Counted from the stretch's first letter, positions 1 to 14,480 are shown. The stretch is DNA of 64,000 bases from Octopus vulgaris (GCA_951406725.2 OX597826.1:80290001-80354000); one strand, 5' to 3'. Translations and numbers: made by a program. The notes: generated by a model from the letters alone, not told the origin.

Positions 1-72
<72 letters not shown>

Positions 73-98
73 GGTGTGTATGTGTCTGCTTATGTAAG

Positions 99-141
<43 letters not shown>

Positions 142-608
142 TGTGTGTGTTTGTATATATACATACATATGTGTGTTTGTTTATATACGTATAGCGTGAT
201 GTTATCTCACATATACTTTAAAACACACGTAACCATGTAAACGATTCGCGATGTCTTCCAGCGTGCACACGTGCCCCGTTGTCTACCCGATCCGCTGGTT
301 TCCTGTTTATTTTACGGCGGATCATATCTCTGTGCTATCAGTAGACATGTGAAATGGGAATCTCGGCCAATGGGCGGTGGGCATTCATAAACATTTAGTT
401 CACAAGTTGTTTAGAAATTTACATTTCCGGTTAATATGAAATCCTGGGATTCAATGGTGAAGGGATAGCTATTCAAAATAATAATATTCTTTGTTGAATG
501 TGTATATATATATGTATATGTATATGCATGTGTGTGTGTGTGTGTACGAGTATACACACATATATAGGTATACATATATATATATATATATATATACATA
601 TATATATT

Positions 609-660
<52 letters not shown>

Positions 661-822
661 CATATGTAGATGTATGTGCATGTACATATAAACATGTATA
701 TATACACACAATCACATATATATATATACATACATGCATACAGTCACCCATATAGATATATATGTGTGTATATATAAACTTATATATACATGCCTACACA
801 CATGCATATATGCATATATATT

Positions 823-881
<59 letters not shown>

Positions 882-1024
882 TGTGTGTGTATGCGTGTGT
901 ATGTGCGTGTCTGTGTATAGGCATACATATATATGTATACATATATGCACATATACTTATGCATATGTATATGCATGTATATATAAACATGTGTATATAT
1001 CTATATATATATATACACACACGT

Positions 1025-1072
<48 letters not shown>

Positions 1073-1330
1073 GCGTACACTCACCCATATATATATATAT
1101 GCATGTGTGTATGTATATGTGTGTGGTGTGTGTGCCTGTACGTGTGTCGGGTGTTCCATCTTACTATTACGTAGATTTGTCTGATAGCATACAAACCTCT
1201 CCATGTGTACACACAAGCACCTATATTTACATACAAACATATAATAATATGTGTGCGTGTATGTGGCTGTGTGTATATGTGCGTGTGTGTGTGTAAGTGT
1301 GTGTGAGAGAGTGTTTGTGTATGTGTGTGT
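1..1330. repeat. Compound (TA)n/(TG)n/(CA)n microsatellite field with a short unique island at ~190-500
   Basis: Dinucleotide tracts read directly; they explain the [12 protein letters not shown] ORFs. Confidence 0.95.
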
Positions 1331-1463
1331 GTGTATTTACAAATACAAATCTCTGTTTCTCCAACCTCTCTTTTTAACTTCTCTATGTAACAGCATAACA
1401 TCCTTCCTCACCGCCTGGCTGTCTCTCTCAGAGGAAACCCATCTGTCCATGAATTACTCCGCA

Positions 1464-2304
1464 TACGTCGTCTGATCAATAAATATCCGGACTGTTGCCA
1501 TAGTAACGAAGCTAAAGCACGCAGAGTGAAGCCTCTTGGCATAGATTCACCTTGAACTTTGCTAGTTTAAACGTTCTAGCTCACTTCCGCTGTTTACAGC
1601 AGTGCTTGGAAGGAACGTGTGTAGTGTGTGATCGTGGTATTGACCATGAGAAAGTTGAGCAGAGAATCTTCATCAAATTTTGCCAAAAGCTTCGCGATAC
1701 CTGCTCAGAGGCCTACGCAAAGTTTTCAAAAACTTTTCATCATTCCCGACACAATCAAGATTTCGTGCAACTGAAACCCATGTGTCTCTTTTGATCTGCT
1801 GAAAGCAGTTTTGGCACAAACTTGGCAGACACGCGTCTCATACCCAAATCTTCAGTGATAATGGACTGAACTGAACCGTAACTAATTTGCACATCCTCTG
1901 ATAACTCTCAGATGGTGATTCAAAGATTTCCCCTCACAGCTGCGCGCACATCAACGATGTTTTTTCTCAGTTATGCTGGTTTCGGGCCGCTCAGAACTTT
2001 CGTCAGTATCGACAAATGTCTGAACCACTCGTACTCATGTCCGCGGCTCAAACACTCCTCTCCATACACTTTCTGTAATCTTGCGTTGCCTCTGAACAGG
2101 TATCGCCATGACAACTTTCTCTTTCATGGTGAATGCAGCAATCACACTCTACGCACCTTCCTTCCAAGCACTGCTGTAAACAGCTACAACATTAAAACTT
2201 ATTGCACAGCGGAGTTCAATTCAGTCTGTACTAAGCGGCTTTATTCTGCGTGCTTCAGTTTCGTTACTATGGCAACACTCCGGATACTTATTCATCAGAC
2301 CTCG
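1464..2304. mobile_element. Non-autonomous mariner derivative made of two inverted 5' ends (fold-back)
   Basis: Left end TA-CGTCGTCTGATCAATAAATATCCGGACTGTTGCCATAGTAACGAAG matches the reverse complement of the right end (CGAGGTCTGATGAATAAGTATCCGGAGTGTTGCCATAGTAACGAAAC) over ~190 bp; + strand EKVEQRIFIKFCQKL; - strand KVYGEECLSR..EWF and ELSEDVQISYGSVQSIITEDLGMRRVSAKFVPKLL (mariner HTH and WVPHEL-type motif). Confidence 0.85.
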
Positions 2305-2344
2305 AACACCGCATTCTGAATGGGGATGTTTATGCATATCTTTT

Positions 2345-2700
2345 TCATTTCTTTTACTTATATCAATGATTGGACGGTGGCCATGCTGGAACACTGCCTT
2401 CAAATGCTTGTCGAATTAATCGACCACGGTGGTAAAGATTCTGTCGGTTTCTTTTGCTAAGCCTTTAATTTACAGGAACGTAAACAAGCCAACACCGGTT
2501 GTCAAGTGATGGCGAGAAAGAAAGACAAACAAATACATAAGTACATGTGTGTGTGTGTGTATGTGTGTGTGTGTGTACATATGTTTGTACGTGTGGCTTC
2601 CACACAGTTTCCATCTACTTAATTTAGACACAAAGCATTAATCGGACAAGCAGTTATAATAGAAGACATCGCAGTAAGACAGACCTCGAAACACACACGC
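2345..2700 (-). mobile_element. Degenerate SINE, family B (as 14816-15226)
   Basis: GGCCATGCTGGAACACTGCCTT, AACACCGGTTGTCAAG and TATAATAGAAGACA match the family B copies. Confidence 0.7.
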
Positions 2701-2716
2701 TCATAGACACGTGCAT

Positions 2717-2751
<35 letters not shown>

Positions 2752-3154
2752 TGATAAGGGCCAAGAGTAAATTGCTCGAAGTGGACACCAACGGTTTAAT
2801 TCGAGTAAGAATGTCAAGTCAGGGTTGACGTGATGCCATACACAATAAATTCTTAATTTATTCAAGTTTCCATCGCAGACACAAGGAAAGGTAAAATCTA
2901 TAAACAAGTGTTAGTAACTCTGAATGACAAGCAGAGATGATTTCAACAATAATTTCATGGTTGATTAACATGCTTAGGAAAAAAGAATCATTTCTTTGTT
3001 TTTCGGGACGACGTACAACCTCGGTTTAGCCTCAACAACAAAGCATTGTTGTGAGTCGTCTCCTATGAGTTTTAGACAATTTAACATTCACAGGGTTGGT
3101 AAGAGTTTAGCTAATCTGCATAACAAGCACTTACATATGTATGTGAATGTGTGT

Positions 3155-3220
<66 letters not shown>

Positions 3221-4006
3221 CGTAGCCACAAATAAAATATATTTTTAGAAAGGTAGAAGCAAGCTTATTAGTGCGACAGTTCACTAACAATGAAAGGAAT
3301 CAGTTATAAAGTGAAGATATGTAACTAGCTAATGCAGACGACACTTGCAGATATGAAGTCACATATCGTTGAAGTATGTGTATGTAGGTATGTAAGTACA
3401 TGTGTGTGTGTGTGTGTATAGATAGATATACATATACATACATATATTTATATATACATATATATTTATATATAGTAATCATATTTGTTTAATGGAAATA
3501 TGGCTTCATTATATTTTCAAACGTCTCTTCATATTAGCTGTACACAGTTACCAATGGATACGTGTGTGTATGTGCACGCGCTCACGAGTGTGTATATGTA
3601 TGTTTGTCATTTGCATTTATGTATACGTGTGTGTGTCTGTTTCATTTCAGTGTTTTCCCCCCTTTATAGAATTGAAGCCTCTCGCAGTAGTAAATCCCCT
3701 TCTGTTTAACTCAAAACACCCGTTAGTATTTGTGCTTATCTCGGTTGGTTGGTGTGCCTGTATATATGTGGGTACTTGTGGATGAGCGTATAACTGGAGT
3801 GTGCGTACTTGTCATTGTGAAATTTCTACTTATTACTGCAAGGCATCAGGCCCGACATTGTTATTGTACCACTGTTTTTCTTGTTTATATATTTATTTAA
3901 TCCTTTTCTTCAGATATAGAGTCTCTAGTAATGCATCATCCAGTTTTCTTCCTCTTCTTAAAATAGTAGAGTGTGAGGTGAAGCCGATTCTGCTGTTGCT
4001 GTTGCT

Positions 4007-4180
4007 GTTGAGCGAACGGCCTTCGTACCAGAGCTCGCAAGATGGGAGAAGTCCGAATCGTGGTCCTTTGCTATTCGTAAGACCCGCAGAAGAGAAAGCA
4101 GGTCAACTCCCGACACTGAGAGCATCGACGGATGGCTGAATGCACATCCAGGCTCAGCAGTTGCGTAGGATGTCGGGGAT
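4007..4180 (-). mobile_element. 3' half of SINE family C (as 19236-19410)
   Basis: CCTTTGCTATTCGTAAGACCCGCAGAAGAGAAAGCAGGTCAAC shared with ~19295-19337. Confidence 0.85.
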
Positions 4181-5164
4181 GCAGTTGCTGTTGCAGTTTG
4201 TATGACCACGCAATGGCCGCTTTCTTGCTCGTGGTGGTGATGGTGTGAAACCGAGCGATGCAGTATTCTGTCTATCATCCGAAGTTTGATTTATTACCAA
4301 AACTATAACCAGGAAAGCCACATGTCTCGTTCTGCAAAACTGTCAAACCTGGTTTCTATAGAGGAGAATTATTATTCAGGGGTGGAGGGGGCGAACATTG
4401 CAAAATAAAATTCTTCCTTTTCTTTGAACAAGCGAATCCGCTTTTCTCATTCGATATCCCTGTTCAGATTCATTCCATTTCCGTTGTATTTAATTCAGGT
4501 TGTTCATGCTCTTCTCAAAGGCATGAATGTCACAGCTTCTAATTTCCTTTACGTTACAAACTTTCAGTTTTGTTACTTGCCTAAGGGCGAAGCAATTATT
4601 GGTGTAGGTGTTCCTGTTATTTCGTCTTCTATTCAATCATTCAAAGAATGAAAAGCGTCCAAGAGCGACTCTCTGTTCTTATGAATGAAACGGAAATAGA
4701 AAACTGAATATAATGTTGCAACGAATATGAAATTAAAAACAAAATTGAAATGAATTTTCTATATTTTTTTTTATTTCGTTAATATTCCTCCAAATTAATT
4801 AGCTTCTTCCATGAACTATTTCAAAGAATTTTATCTACGGGAGAATGAGACGAGTCTTTGAAGCTTTACGTCTCTTGTCCTGATAAATTTCAATAATAGA
4901 AAAGAACGAAGCAAAGACACAATAACATTTTCTTCCCAAATTTAACTTTATCTTTAGATGTGTATTTAATGATAACGACATCTAAGTTTAGCACGTAGCT
5001 CCCAGTTTGTAAAGGTGGGGGGAGGGAATCGTTGATGCTGATTAGATCATGCGTAGAATATCATAAGGGTTGATGAATGATAAAGACTACTTAGCTGAGA
5101 TTTGAACTCAAACCTTAAAGAGACATCGGTAAATTTGTAAAAGTGGTACTTATTAATAAGCGGT

Positions 5165-5630
5165 ACTTATTCTGGTATACTAATTATAGTCTGGGGGGAA
5201 TGCTTGTAATCTTGGGGACACAGCTTAAGCTCTGGATGAAGAGTTATATAGTTGGTAAAATCGTATATGTGAGGTGAGTGAGATTGGATGGTAGTTTCCA
5301 GGGAGCGATTTATTCCCCCTTTTAAAGATAGGAATGACTGACTGGGAGGGAAGGTTTTGAAGGATAAAACTGGCATCCAGTGATTTCCTCAGAGATTTGC
5401 GAGAGGAGCTCCAAGTTGCTGTCTGCATTCCTTCAGCATTTTAGCAGGGAACCTGTCCGGACCTACTGCTGAATCAGGATTGATTTCTTTTGGAGCTGCT
5501 AGAATATCAGTGGCGTCGAAGGTTATGTCAACAAGGACATGTTGAGGATTCCCAGAAGCAAAGCTGTTTGTGTCAACTGAATCAGAGTCACTGAAGACAG
5601 AGCAGAATTGACTTTGCAGGACCTCGGCCA
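5165..5630 (-). mobile_element. CR1/L2-group LINE ORF2 fragment, frameshifted
   Basis: QFCSVF..KEINPDSAVGPDRFPAKMLKEC..L and VIPIFKRGNKSLPGNYHPISLTSHI match the conserved GPD and K-G-NYRPISLTS motifs upstream of non-LTR RT. Confidence 0.85.
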
Positions 5631-6003
5631 TATGACACCCTTTTTGAATAGCTATAGAATGAAACTTCATAATGTATTAAAAAAGCAAATGACCTATAGT
5701 CATAGGTACTGTAACCATATATGTATATGTGTGTGTGTATGTATGTATGTATGTATGTATGTATGCATGTATGTATGTATGTATGTATGTATGTATGTAT
5801 GTATGTATGTATGTATGTATGTATGTATGTTTGTAGGACATCTGATGGCATACGATCATTTAAGTCTACCAAAATGTAAGAAAAACGAGGCAGCAGCATC
5901 CTTTTTAAAATATATATTTTATACATTTAACTTTCTAACGTGCTGAGAACTTTCTCCATTTGCTTGGAAACTTACATACATACATACATACATACATATA
6001 TGT

Positions 6004-6073
<70 letters not shown>

Positions 6074-6225
6074 ACATGCATGTATGTATGTATATATATA
6101 GTTATATGCATATGCATACACATACAAATATTTACGAACATGCATGCATAGATATATACATGTATATGTATATAGATACGTATATGTATATATACATGTG
6201 TGTACATATGCGTGTATGCATGTAT

Positions 6226-6279
<54 letters not shown>

Positions 6280-6286
6280 AATATAC

Positions 6287-6342
<56 letters not shown>

Positions 6343-6349
6343 ATTGAAA

Positions 6350-6920
6350 GCCATTACCTTCCTATCTCCGTTGCCTTTGGTGAACATCTGGCAAAAGATT
6401 TGTTAATGGAAGATATTCAAATCTTCAATGTTGTCTTCCATTCTTCGGCCTTCCAAACTCAACAGGCGAGGAAATATTTTGATTGGTAGGAAACAAGTTA
6501 ATTGAATCTTGGAGATTTGCTTGAAAGCAGTGCCAGAATGCAATGTGTGATAAACTATTAGGATGTTGAAGTTTGCCAAATTGGCAAAACTGTTGCTTGG
6601 ACATTCATTACGTCACAATTAGGCTTCGGCTCCTCAATAAAGTAAAATGAGTTCTAGGTGGCTTGTTATGCGTTTCGTAAAGTGCAAGGGAAAAGCTGAA
6701 TCGACCATGACTACGACAACAACGGAAGAGTAACTAGAGCAAGAGGCTTGTGTCTTAACTTGTAACTAATTTTATGAAAGCGGTCTAACATCATCAGAAG
6801 ACAGACATCTTTACATCTTGTGTGCGACCTGCTAAAATGTGCAGTCAAAATCTCCCGCAAGTAATTGAGAAGGGAATTGAGTAGATGAAAACATATGGAG
6901 GAGAAAGTGATAAACACACA
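6350..6920 (-). mobile_element. Highly decayed RTE-like LINE RT fragment
   Basis: LREILTA..LMMLDRFHKISYKL resembles LRELLFADD..LQxxLDRF; NIEDLNIFH resembles HIxxLxxFH; many stops. Confidence 0.4.
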
Positions 6921-6949
6921 GAAGGCGTAGAAACCGACGGTCAGACGAG

Positions 6950-7180
<231 letters not shown>

Positions 7181-7485
7181 AATTGGTTTATGTAGCGAAC
7201 GCGTGAAAAGAAATTCCTTTTGTCGAACTGAAGATTAGACTAATCCAGCGGATTATGTAGTTAAAGCAATTCAAGCTAATCGTGCCATTTTTGTTTTGTT
7301 TTATTTTTAGATATATTACACATAATATAACACTGTATAGACTTCAGAATATGTTTCCTTGTGATATGGGGGTGGAATGGGTGTGTGGTCTCTATGCCCA
7401 GTAGATCAAGTGATGCACATGAACTCCCTTCTTCGCTGAAATTAGAGAGGAAAATACAAGATTGTCGTATTGTTATTGCTTCCAT

Positions 7486-7787
7486 GTGTGAAGGTGCATG
7501 GCTTAGTGGTTAGAGCATTCGGCTCAAGATCGTAAGGTCGTGAGTTCAATTCTCGGGAACGCGTTGTGTCCTTGAGCAAGACACTTTCTTGCACATTGCT
7601 CCAGTCCACTCAGCTGGCAAAATGTGTAGTACCTGTATTTCAAAGGGGCCAGCCTTGTCACATTCTGTGTCATGCCGAGAACTATGTTACGTGTACGCGT
7701 GTCTGTGGAGTGCTCAACCACTTGCACGTTAGTTTCACGAGCTGGCTGTTCCATCAATCGGATCAAATGGAACCCCTATCGTCGTAA
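7486..7787 (+). mobile_element. tRNA-derived SINE family D with CORE-like segment
   Basis: A box TGGCTTAGTGG, B box GAGTTCAATTC, then GTGTCCTTGAGCAAGACACTT; further copies at ~11040-11200 (+) and 32580-32830 (-). Confidence 0.8.
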
Positions 7788-7995
7788 TTTAGTGCCAATT
7801 ATTGTCTCCATCTTATATAAAATGGTTCAACCCCAGAACGACGTATCTAAGTTGTCGATGTGGGAACAATAATGACATCGACACACGATTGTGATGTGCA
7901 TGATATTGTTGTTGCTGTTGTTAGTACCAGGGAATCTTGATCAGGGATGCTGTTATATTTTAAGACATCCTATGCATGTATGCATGCATGTATCA

Positions 7996-8078
<83 letters not shown>

Positions 8079-8723
8079 AATGGAAGGAGGGAGGCGGGGA
8101 AGAAATCCGACCCTACATAATTCCTTAAATGCCGCTCTCTGATCCAACTAATGCTCCTTACAGTGGGAACTGTTCAAGTAGAAGACGAATTTGGTTGCCT
8201 TCGCTATAAAGAGGGAAGCCGCAAAGTTTCAGTCTTTTGTCTTCAGTGAGAACAAAACCTGGTGCTGCCGATTCCACTGTTTCTCAGAGATCACTAGAAT
8301 AACTACAATGAGTCGGTTCCGATTCAAATCAGAATGCCTGACGAAGTAAATGAACGACAGTGTTATTACATATGTCGCATATATTACAAATACACATGCG
8401 TTATGACTTTGTATGTTATTATGGAATAAGCGACATTCGTTTAAGGAGAGGCGCGTAACAACGATTTGGTTTCGCTTCTCTTCAATTGAATTAATCGTTA
8501 TTCATTCTGTTGGTGTAGTATGCCTTCTAGATATATATATATATACTTTTATCATTAACTAAAGTATAACTGGTCTTCCTTATGGGTGCACTACGCTAGA
8601 CAGGTTCTTATATGAACTGCTGATAAGGTGATCGCCCGGATTATGCTTATCTCCTCAATTTATTATTATACATATGTATATATGTATATGTACATATGCG
8701 TGTGTGTGTGTGCATGTATGTGT

Positions 8724-8791
<68 letters not shown>

Positions 8792-8819
8792 GCAGTATGT
8801 ATGCTTTTTGTATGTATGT

Positions 8820-8995
8820 GTCTTGGGTTGTTTACGTAGCCATAAATTAGCGGTTCGGCAAAAGAGACCGATAGAATAAGTAACAGACTTTAGAAAATAA
8901 TTACTTGGGTCGATTTGTTCGACTAAAGGCCTTGCGATGCGGTGCCCCAGAATGGCCGCAATCCACTGAGTGAAACAGGTAAAAGTAAAAGATGA
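8820..8995 (+). mobile_element. SINE family B, 3' half
   Basis: TTAGCGGTTCGGCAAAAGAGACCGATAGAATAAG...GCGGTGCCCCAGAATGGCCGCA. Confidence 0.85.
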
Positions 8996-9779
8996 AGCCA
9001 ATCAACTGATTTAACATTGAAATGTTTAAAAATCCTCAGTATTTATATCTTGTATCGAGATATAAATATCCGAATCGATTATATGCCGGACCGTGGTTCG
9101 TATCCAACAACAGCTCAGCGCAAGGTTCCCATAGGGAGAACTTTTGGCTTGGGCCAAATGAATAACGAGGTATTTTATTATATGTACAGAGTGACGATTT
9201 CAGCGCCTGAAGTGGTATATAATTAACAAATGTTTATTTAGGACGTGGCTCGAAGTTGTCTCGACATCCGGCCTCAGACGCTTGTACGGAAGATAACATG
9301 ATTGATGTAGATTAATATAAATTGCCCGTATTGAATTTGGCAAGATTACTCAAAGAGAAATCGTTTTTCATTAGTAAAAAAAAACGGGGTATAAAATAAA
9401 TAACATGCAAAAGTCAAATGTTTGCTTAACAGAAAACTAATTACTTCTAAATCCAGTAGACGTAGTTGAGATGTATTTAAGTATAACTAAAAAGGTGAGG
9501 GACGGAAACTAGGGTAGACACTCGGGGGGTTGGGGAAGGCCTAGTACCATACTATATTGCGTAACATTATCCAAGGAGCCCTATCTGGAAAAAAGAGAGA
9601 TGGTGACCCCCGGAACACCTTTGGGTCATAATAGATACGCTCCAAGGTCGATATATATCGATTAGAAATGTTTAATTTTGTCATGTCTTTGTTCCATTGG
9701 AGCCAATTCAAGTTCACAACTCGGCATAATCAAAATATCTAATACCAGTAACAGAGTTACTGCAGAGTCAATAAATATC

Positions 9780-9985
9780 GGTTTCAAAGTTTGGCACAAG
9801 GCCAGGAATTTTAGGGGAGGTGGTCTAAATCGTCTCAAGTGGCAAACTGGTGATTATTTTTACAGAAAGGACGAAAGGCAAAGTCGATCTCGACGGAATT
9901 TGAACTCCGAAAGAAAAGACAAACGAAATGCAGCGAAGCGTTTTGTCCGGCGCGGTAACAGTTCAACCAGCTCTCACCGTCTTAT
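9780..9985 (-). mobile_element. SINE family A, degenerate
   Basis: GAAAGGCAAAGTCGATCTCGACGGAATTTGAACTC is the reverse complement of the family A body. Confidence 0.75.
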
Positions 9986-10274
9986 TCAGTCAACGAAAAT
10001 TCATAAACCGTGAATACAGTTTCTTGGCAAAATCGTTCGACATATTTAACGAGTATATGGATGCAACATAGTCGAATGGTTAAAGATTTCCCTAGGCCAT
10101 CACGAGTTCCTGAGTTCTAGTACATTGCTTGATAACTTGGGTCAGTATCATTTTACCATAGTTACAAGCTGACTCAAGGCCCTGTAAATAAAACTGGGTC
10201 GGGGCGATATCTGTTTCAAAGGCCTTCGGATTAATTGAATCAATAATAAAAAATTATTAAAAATTTAAAAAAGT

Positions 10275-10281
10275 AAATAAC

Positions 10282-10357
<76 letters not shown>

Positions 10358-10381
10358 GTAATAATAATAATGATAATAATG

Positions 10382-10453
<72 letters not shown>
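10275..10453. repeat. (AAT)n microsatellite
   Basis: Direct tandem repeat. Confidence 0.97.
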
Positions 10454-10455
<2 letters not shown>

Positions 10456-10791
10456 TTGCTTGTCACACGCTGCGATACGTTGTTCAATCTGAGAATTACA
10501 CCAAGGAGACGTGTGTCTCTGGAATACACAACCGCTTCACTCGTTAATTCAAAGAATAAGTCATTCAATTGATCGCATAACTAAATAGTCATCACTGAAA
10601 TCGACGGAAGACCCATTAAGTTAAGTTAAACTTATCAGTTTGGCAACGATACTTACTCCATCTGATTACAGTCAGAGATGAAACAAACGCTCGGTCAATG
10701 CTGTTTTTTTTCTATTAAAATTTTATTTCTTTATTTACATTTTTTATTCTCCGTAATTCCCTCTTTTGATAATTGGTATGTGATATAAGGA

Positions 10792-11028
10792 AAGGCGGTG
10801 AGCTGGCAGAAACGTTAGCACGCCGGGCGAAATGCGTAGCCGTATTTCGTCTGCCGTTACGTTCTGAGTTCAAATTCCGCCGAGGTCGACTTTGCTTTTC
10901 ATCCTTTTGGGGCCGATAAATTAAGTACCAGTTACGCACTAGGGTCGATGTAATCGACTTAATCCCTTTGTCTGTCCTTGTTTGTACCTCTCTGTGTTTA
11001 GCCCCTTGTGGGTAATAAAGAAATAGGT
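10792..11028 (+). mobile_element. Full-length tRNA-derived SINE family A
   Basis: GGCGGTGAGCTGGCAGAAACGTTAGC head, B box GAGTTCAAATTCC, central GCYTTTCATCCTTTYGGGGYCGATAAATTAAGTACCAG (resembles the Nin/Deu-type SINE domain); more than 10 copies in the window. Confidence 0.9.
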
Positions 11029-11289
11029 AAGTGATATAGGGTGTTGCCCTTTTTAATCGTTGGATCGTAGTTTCGATTCCCATCTAGTGGCGCGTTGTGT
11101 TCTTGAGCAAGACACTTCATTTGCTCTTGCTTCAGTTCACTCAGCTGGCAAAAATGAGTCCCCCACCGTGACGGATTGGTGTCCCGTTCATGGAAACTAG
11201 GACGTATGAAACTCGTATAGAGCATGCACCAACGCTACCATTCGAGAGTTACATTATCTTGTTTTATTTCTTTCATTTTATATCAGCTC

Positions 11290-12900
11290 GATGGTGTAAA
11301 TTATTTTCTCCTTGCTGGGGTACTTCAGATTTAAAGAGGTTGCTCGTGATTTTATGAAATTCTTCAAACGTTAGAAAAATTCCTAGAAGAAACCATTTAT
11401 GAAGATGCAATCCTTTTGAAGAATCAAACGTTTTTATATGACGCGATAATGCTTTTATTCTCCATGTTAAGATCCCGGTTTGAAGGAAACATAATCCAAT
11501 TCAATTTTCCTGTACCTCATCAACAGTAAATACTGGATATCTTCTTTTGGATAGTTATATTTGCCCTGTGTAGGTTCTCAGGGATGAACAGAAGCAGATT
11601 TTTGTTTTGAAACCCACGTTTCGGGTCCATCATACATTGAATTTCTTCTCATTTATTTATTTTTACATGAAACGCTTTAGTCTACCAGGTTGTATTACAG
11701 GTTTTATTTGTATCACGGCAAATGGATGAATTTAACAAATTTTTACGTCTTACCAATGCCTTGGAATACTTCAGGCAATTGCTTAGTAATTGAATCAATT
11801 CATGCTGTTGTTAGAATTTCGAAAGAAACCAAGAGAACAACCCTGCCTCACAATCTAATAATCAGTTGCCAAGTCATTGATTTTGTGACAAACATTCTGT
11901 AAATACGGTGAATTGAACCAAAGTCATGTGTGACTTGAATTAAACCATGCAAAGCCAGAGATGCAATTGAGCCACTGGTGAAGATCCTATATTCACATGC
12001 TTGGACAATCGCTTCAGTGTTTAATATCTGTACTTTATTGAATGAATCCACGTCAGTTAATTACAAGTTGCCCCTTCTTAATCGATGATAACTCATGTGA
12101 CTTCCATCAATTTCTATCAGTTGGTATTTTATTGATCTTCATCCTTAGATTGAGAAGAAATTTATCGTCATTGACTGATCACTCGTTTCCGTGTAAGTTA
12201 TTGAAATTGCTTTTCAAATTGCTAAGCGTGGAAGTGTTACCAAAACTCTAAACTGTGGCTACCTTGATTTGCATATGCTCGACAGCTGACATTTTTACAT
12301 TTCTTTTCTAACATGAGTAGCAAATTGTCGTTTGCGGGACATTTTGGATAGGATCGGAAACCTGTATACGAAATCTGGAGATTTAAAACCACATATGTAG
12401 CAGAACTTTTATACTTCGAAATTAATATTATCTTCTTTGTGTTGGTTCGGTGTGTTTTCTTCCATAAATCTTACTTGCTTTTCAACTGGACCATAGAACA
12501 CAGCTAAGCCTGATGTGAAATGACTGCAATAATTATATTCTGATGACGGGGTTTGTCTCTTCAGTGAAGTGATTCTCAATTGCTTTATCTGTAATTATTC
12601 TTATCAAAATCTCGTGGTTTACAATGTTTAAACTAACAGTTTATTCAGATTTTATTCGGAAACATGGGCTATAATAGGATGTAGTCTTTCGTACTCGCGG
12701 TATATGTTTGTTTGTTTTCTTATTTAGTGTATGACCAATTTCACGAGGTCCTGTCTCTCCAGTAGATATAAATAGGATCGCCCTTTTTATGCTGTCATCT
12801 ATTGTGGCTACTCCAAAACACATTTTTAGATTAACGAGTCAGTTCTCTCAAACATGATTAGCGATGCTGAGTGCCGAGTAGAATGTACTGTCGTCTGCCG
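11290..12900 (-). mobile_element. Ancient decayed Gypsy-type LTR retrotransposon, gag to start of pol
   Basis: VATIDDSIKRAILFISTGE (gag N-terminal-like), CPA..KKCK (zinc-knuckle remnant), LPEVFQGIGK and PVIQPGRL..EEIQ (pre-RT region) in the expected order; many stops and frameshifts. Confidence 0.6.
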
Positions 12901-13090
12901 CTGTTTCCAGCAATGATATTATTGAATGGTAAATCACCTGGTCCCAAGCGTTTATCATAGTTACGAGGTGTTCTTTATCTCCAGAAGTTTTCTCTAGTTC
13001 AGTAACCAAACCTCTTTCATTAAAATGGTAGCCATGTTAAATAGCAATGCTCACTTGATCATTAAATTGAGTCACGTACATCGTGCAAAA

Positions 13091-13336
13091 GAGTGGTTCT
13101 CAACAGAGGTTCAGCCAACCCTTAAGGGTCCATAGAGGATTTAGTTGTTAAAATTCATGTGCAAGGAATTGCTTATACTTGTACAAGACCAAATATTTTA
13201 GCAGCTTTTGTACAATTACCTATAATATTTAATTATAAAAATAGGATTATTATCAAATGGTTATGAGCACCCACGCGAGTAAAATAGGAACCAAAGGGGG
13301 ACATAAGTAAAAAAAGAAATGGGGTGAGAATCCCTG
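13091..13336 (+). mobile_element. hAT/Charlie-type MITE
   Basis: Ends GAGTGGTTCTCAAC and GGTGAGAATCCCTG resemble the CAGTGGTTCTCAA TIR; related inverted copy at 43385-43709. Confidence 0.65.
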
Positions 13337-14357
13337 GTGTAAAATATGCATTACTGTAATATAATTGTTATATTCTCAATAACTCTGGTGTTATGTAGTG
13401 ATGTTGTTATGGCGGTGGACTGGTAAAAATGGCGGAGCGTCTGGGAAAATGACTTACGCGTCCTTTATTGCTTCAGTTCAAATCCTTGATGCCTAATAAA
13501 GAGCTAGTCATCTACTGAGAACATATCAAATTACTGTATCCCTTACCTATCTACAAAATTATGCAGTCGTCTACCAATGGAAGAAATCATTACGTGTTTA
13601 CAAACTGACCGGTTTTGAATATCGAATAAATAGAAAAAAAGCGGACGAACAAAGCGCTAATAAAACGTAGCTGGCCGTTCTTGTTTCTAGCTCCTTGTCA
13701 TCCTTTTCAACAGATCTGTGACCAAAGACATTCTAACGGTGGCCATCTCCACATTATTCCGTATGTTTTCTTTTTTTTTTTTTTTTCATTCTTTTATCAT
13801 GATAGGATGTGGTTTGAGAAGTAGAGAGAAATTTTTCAAACAGTTTAAAGCGGAATCCTTCTCTGATCATATTGGATCTTAATGGTTTGCAAATCCATTG
13901 AAGTCCCTCCACCCCCCACCACCATAAGGACGAAACCTCGTAAATCACGTCAGCACTCACCAACTGCCCATGTTGCGCTCATTAGCTCATTAGCTCATTA
14001 GCTTCTTCGTCAATGAAAGACGATTGAGATCAGTATATTTAATTAATGGGAAGGTGTAGAAGAATAAGAGTACCAATAACTGTTGGCTAACTGGTTGGCT
14101 AACGAGTGTGAATGCCAACGCAGTCGGCTGATAATCGATGTCGGTTCTGACGTTAAGATAACTCAATACCAGAACCAATAAACATTTTCTTTTAAAAAAA
14201 GGGGAAACAAAAGGTGTGTGTTCAATGAGCAGAACAGGATATGGGAAAAGCTACGATGATAACAGGAGATAATGGTAGATGAACCGGAATGGTCAGTTGC
14301 AGGGCGGCACAGAAACGGCTAAAGAAAAGATAATAAGAAAGGAAATAAAAAATAAGA

Positions 14358-14416
14358 ACAACAACAGCAGCAGCAGCAGCAGTAGCAGCAGCAGCAGCAG
14401 TAGCAGTAGCAGCAGC

Positions 14417-14480
<64 letters not shown>

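Noticed and set aside
360-395. CCAAT next to GGGCGG, promoter-like
   Set aside because: Short motifs with no downstream exon or other support.
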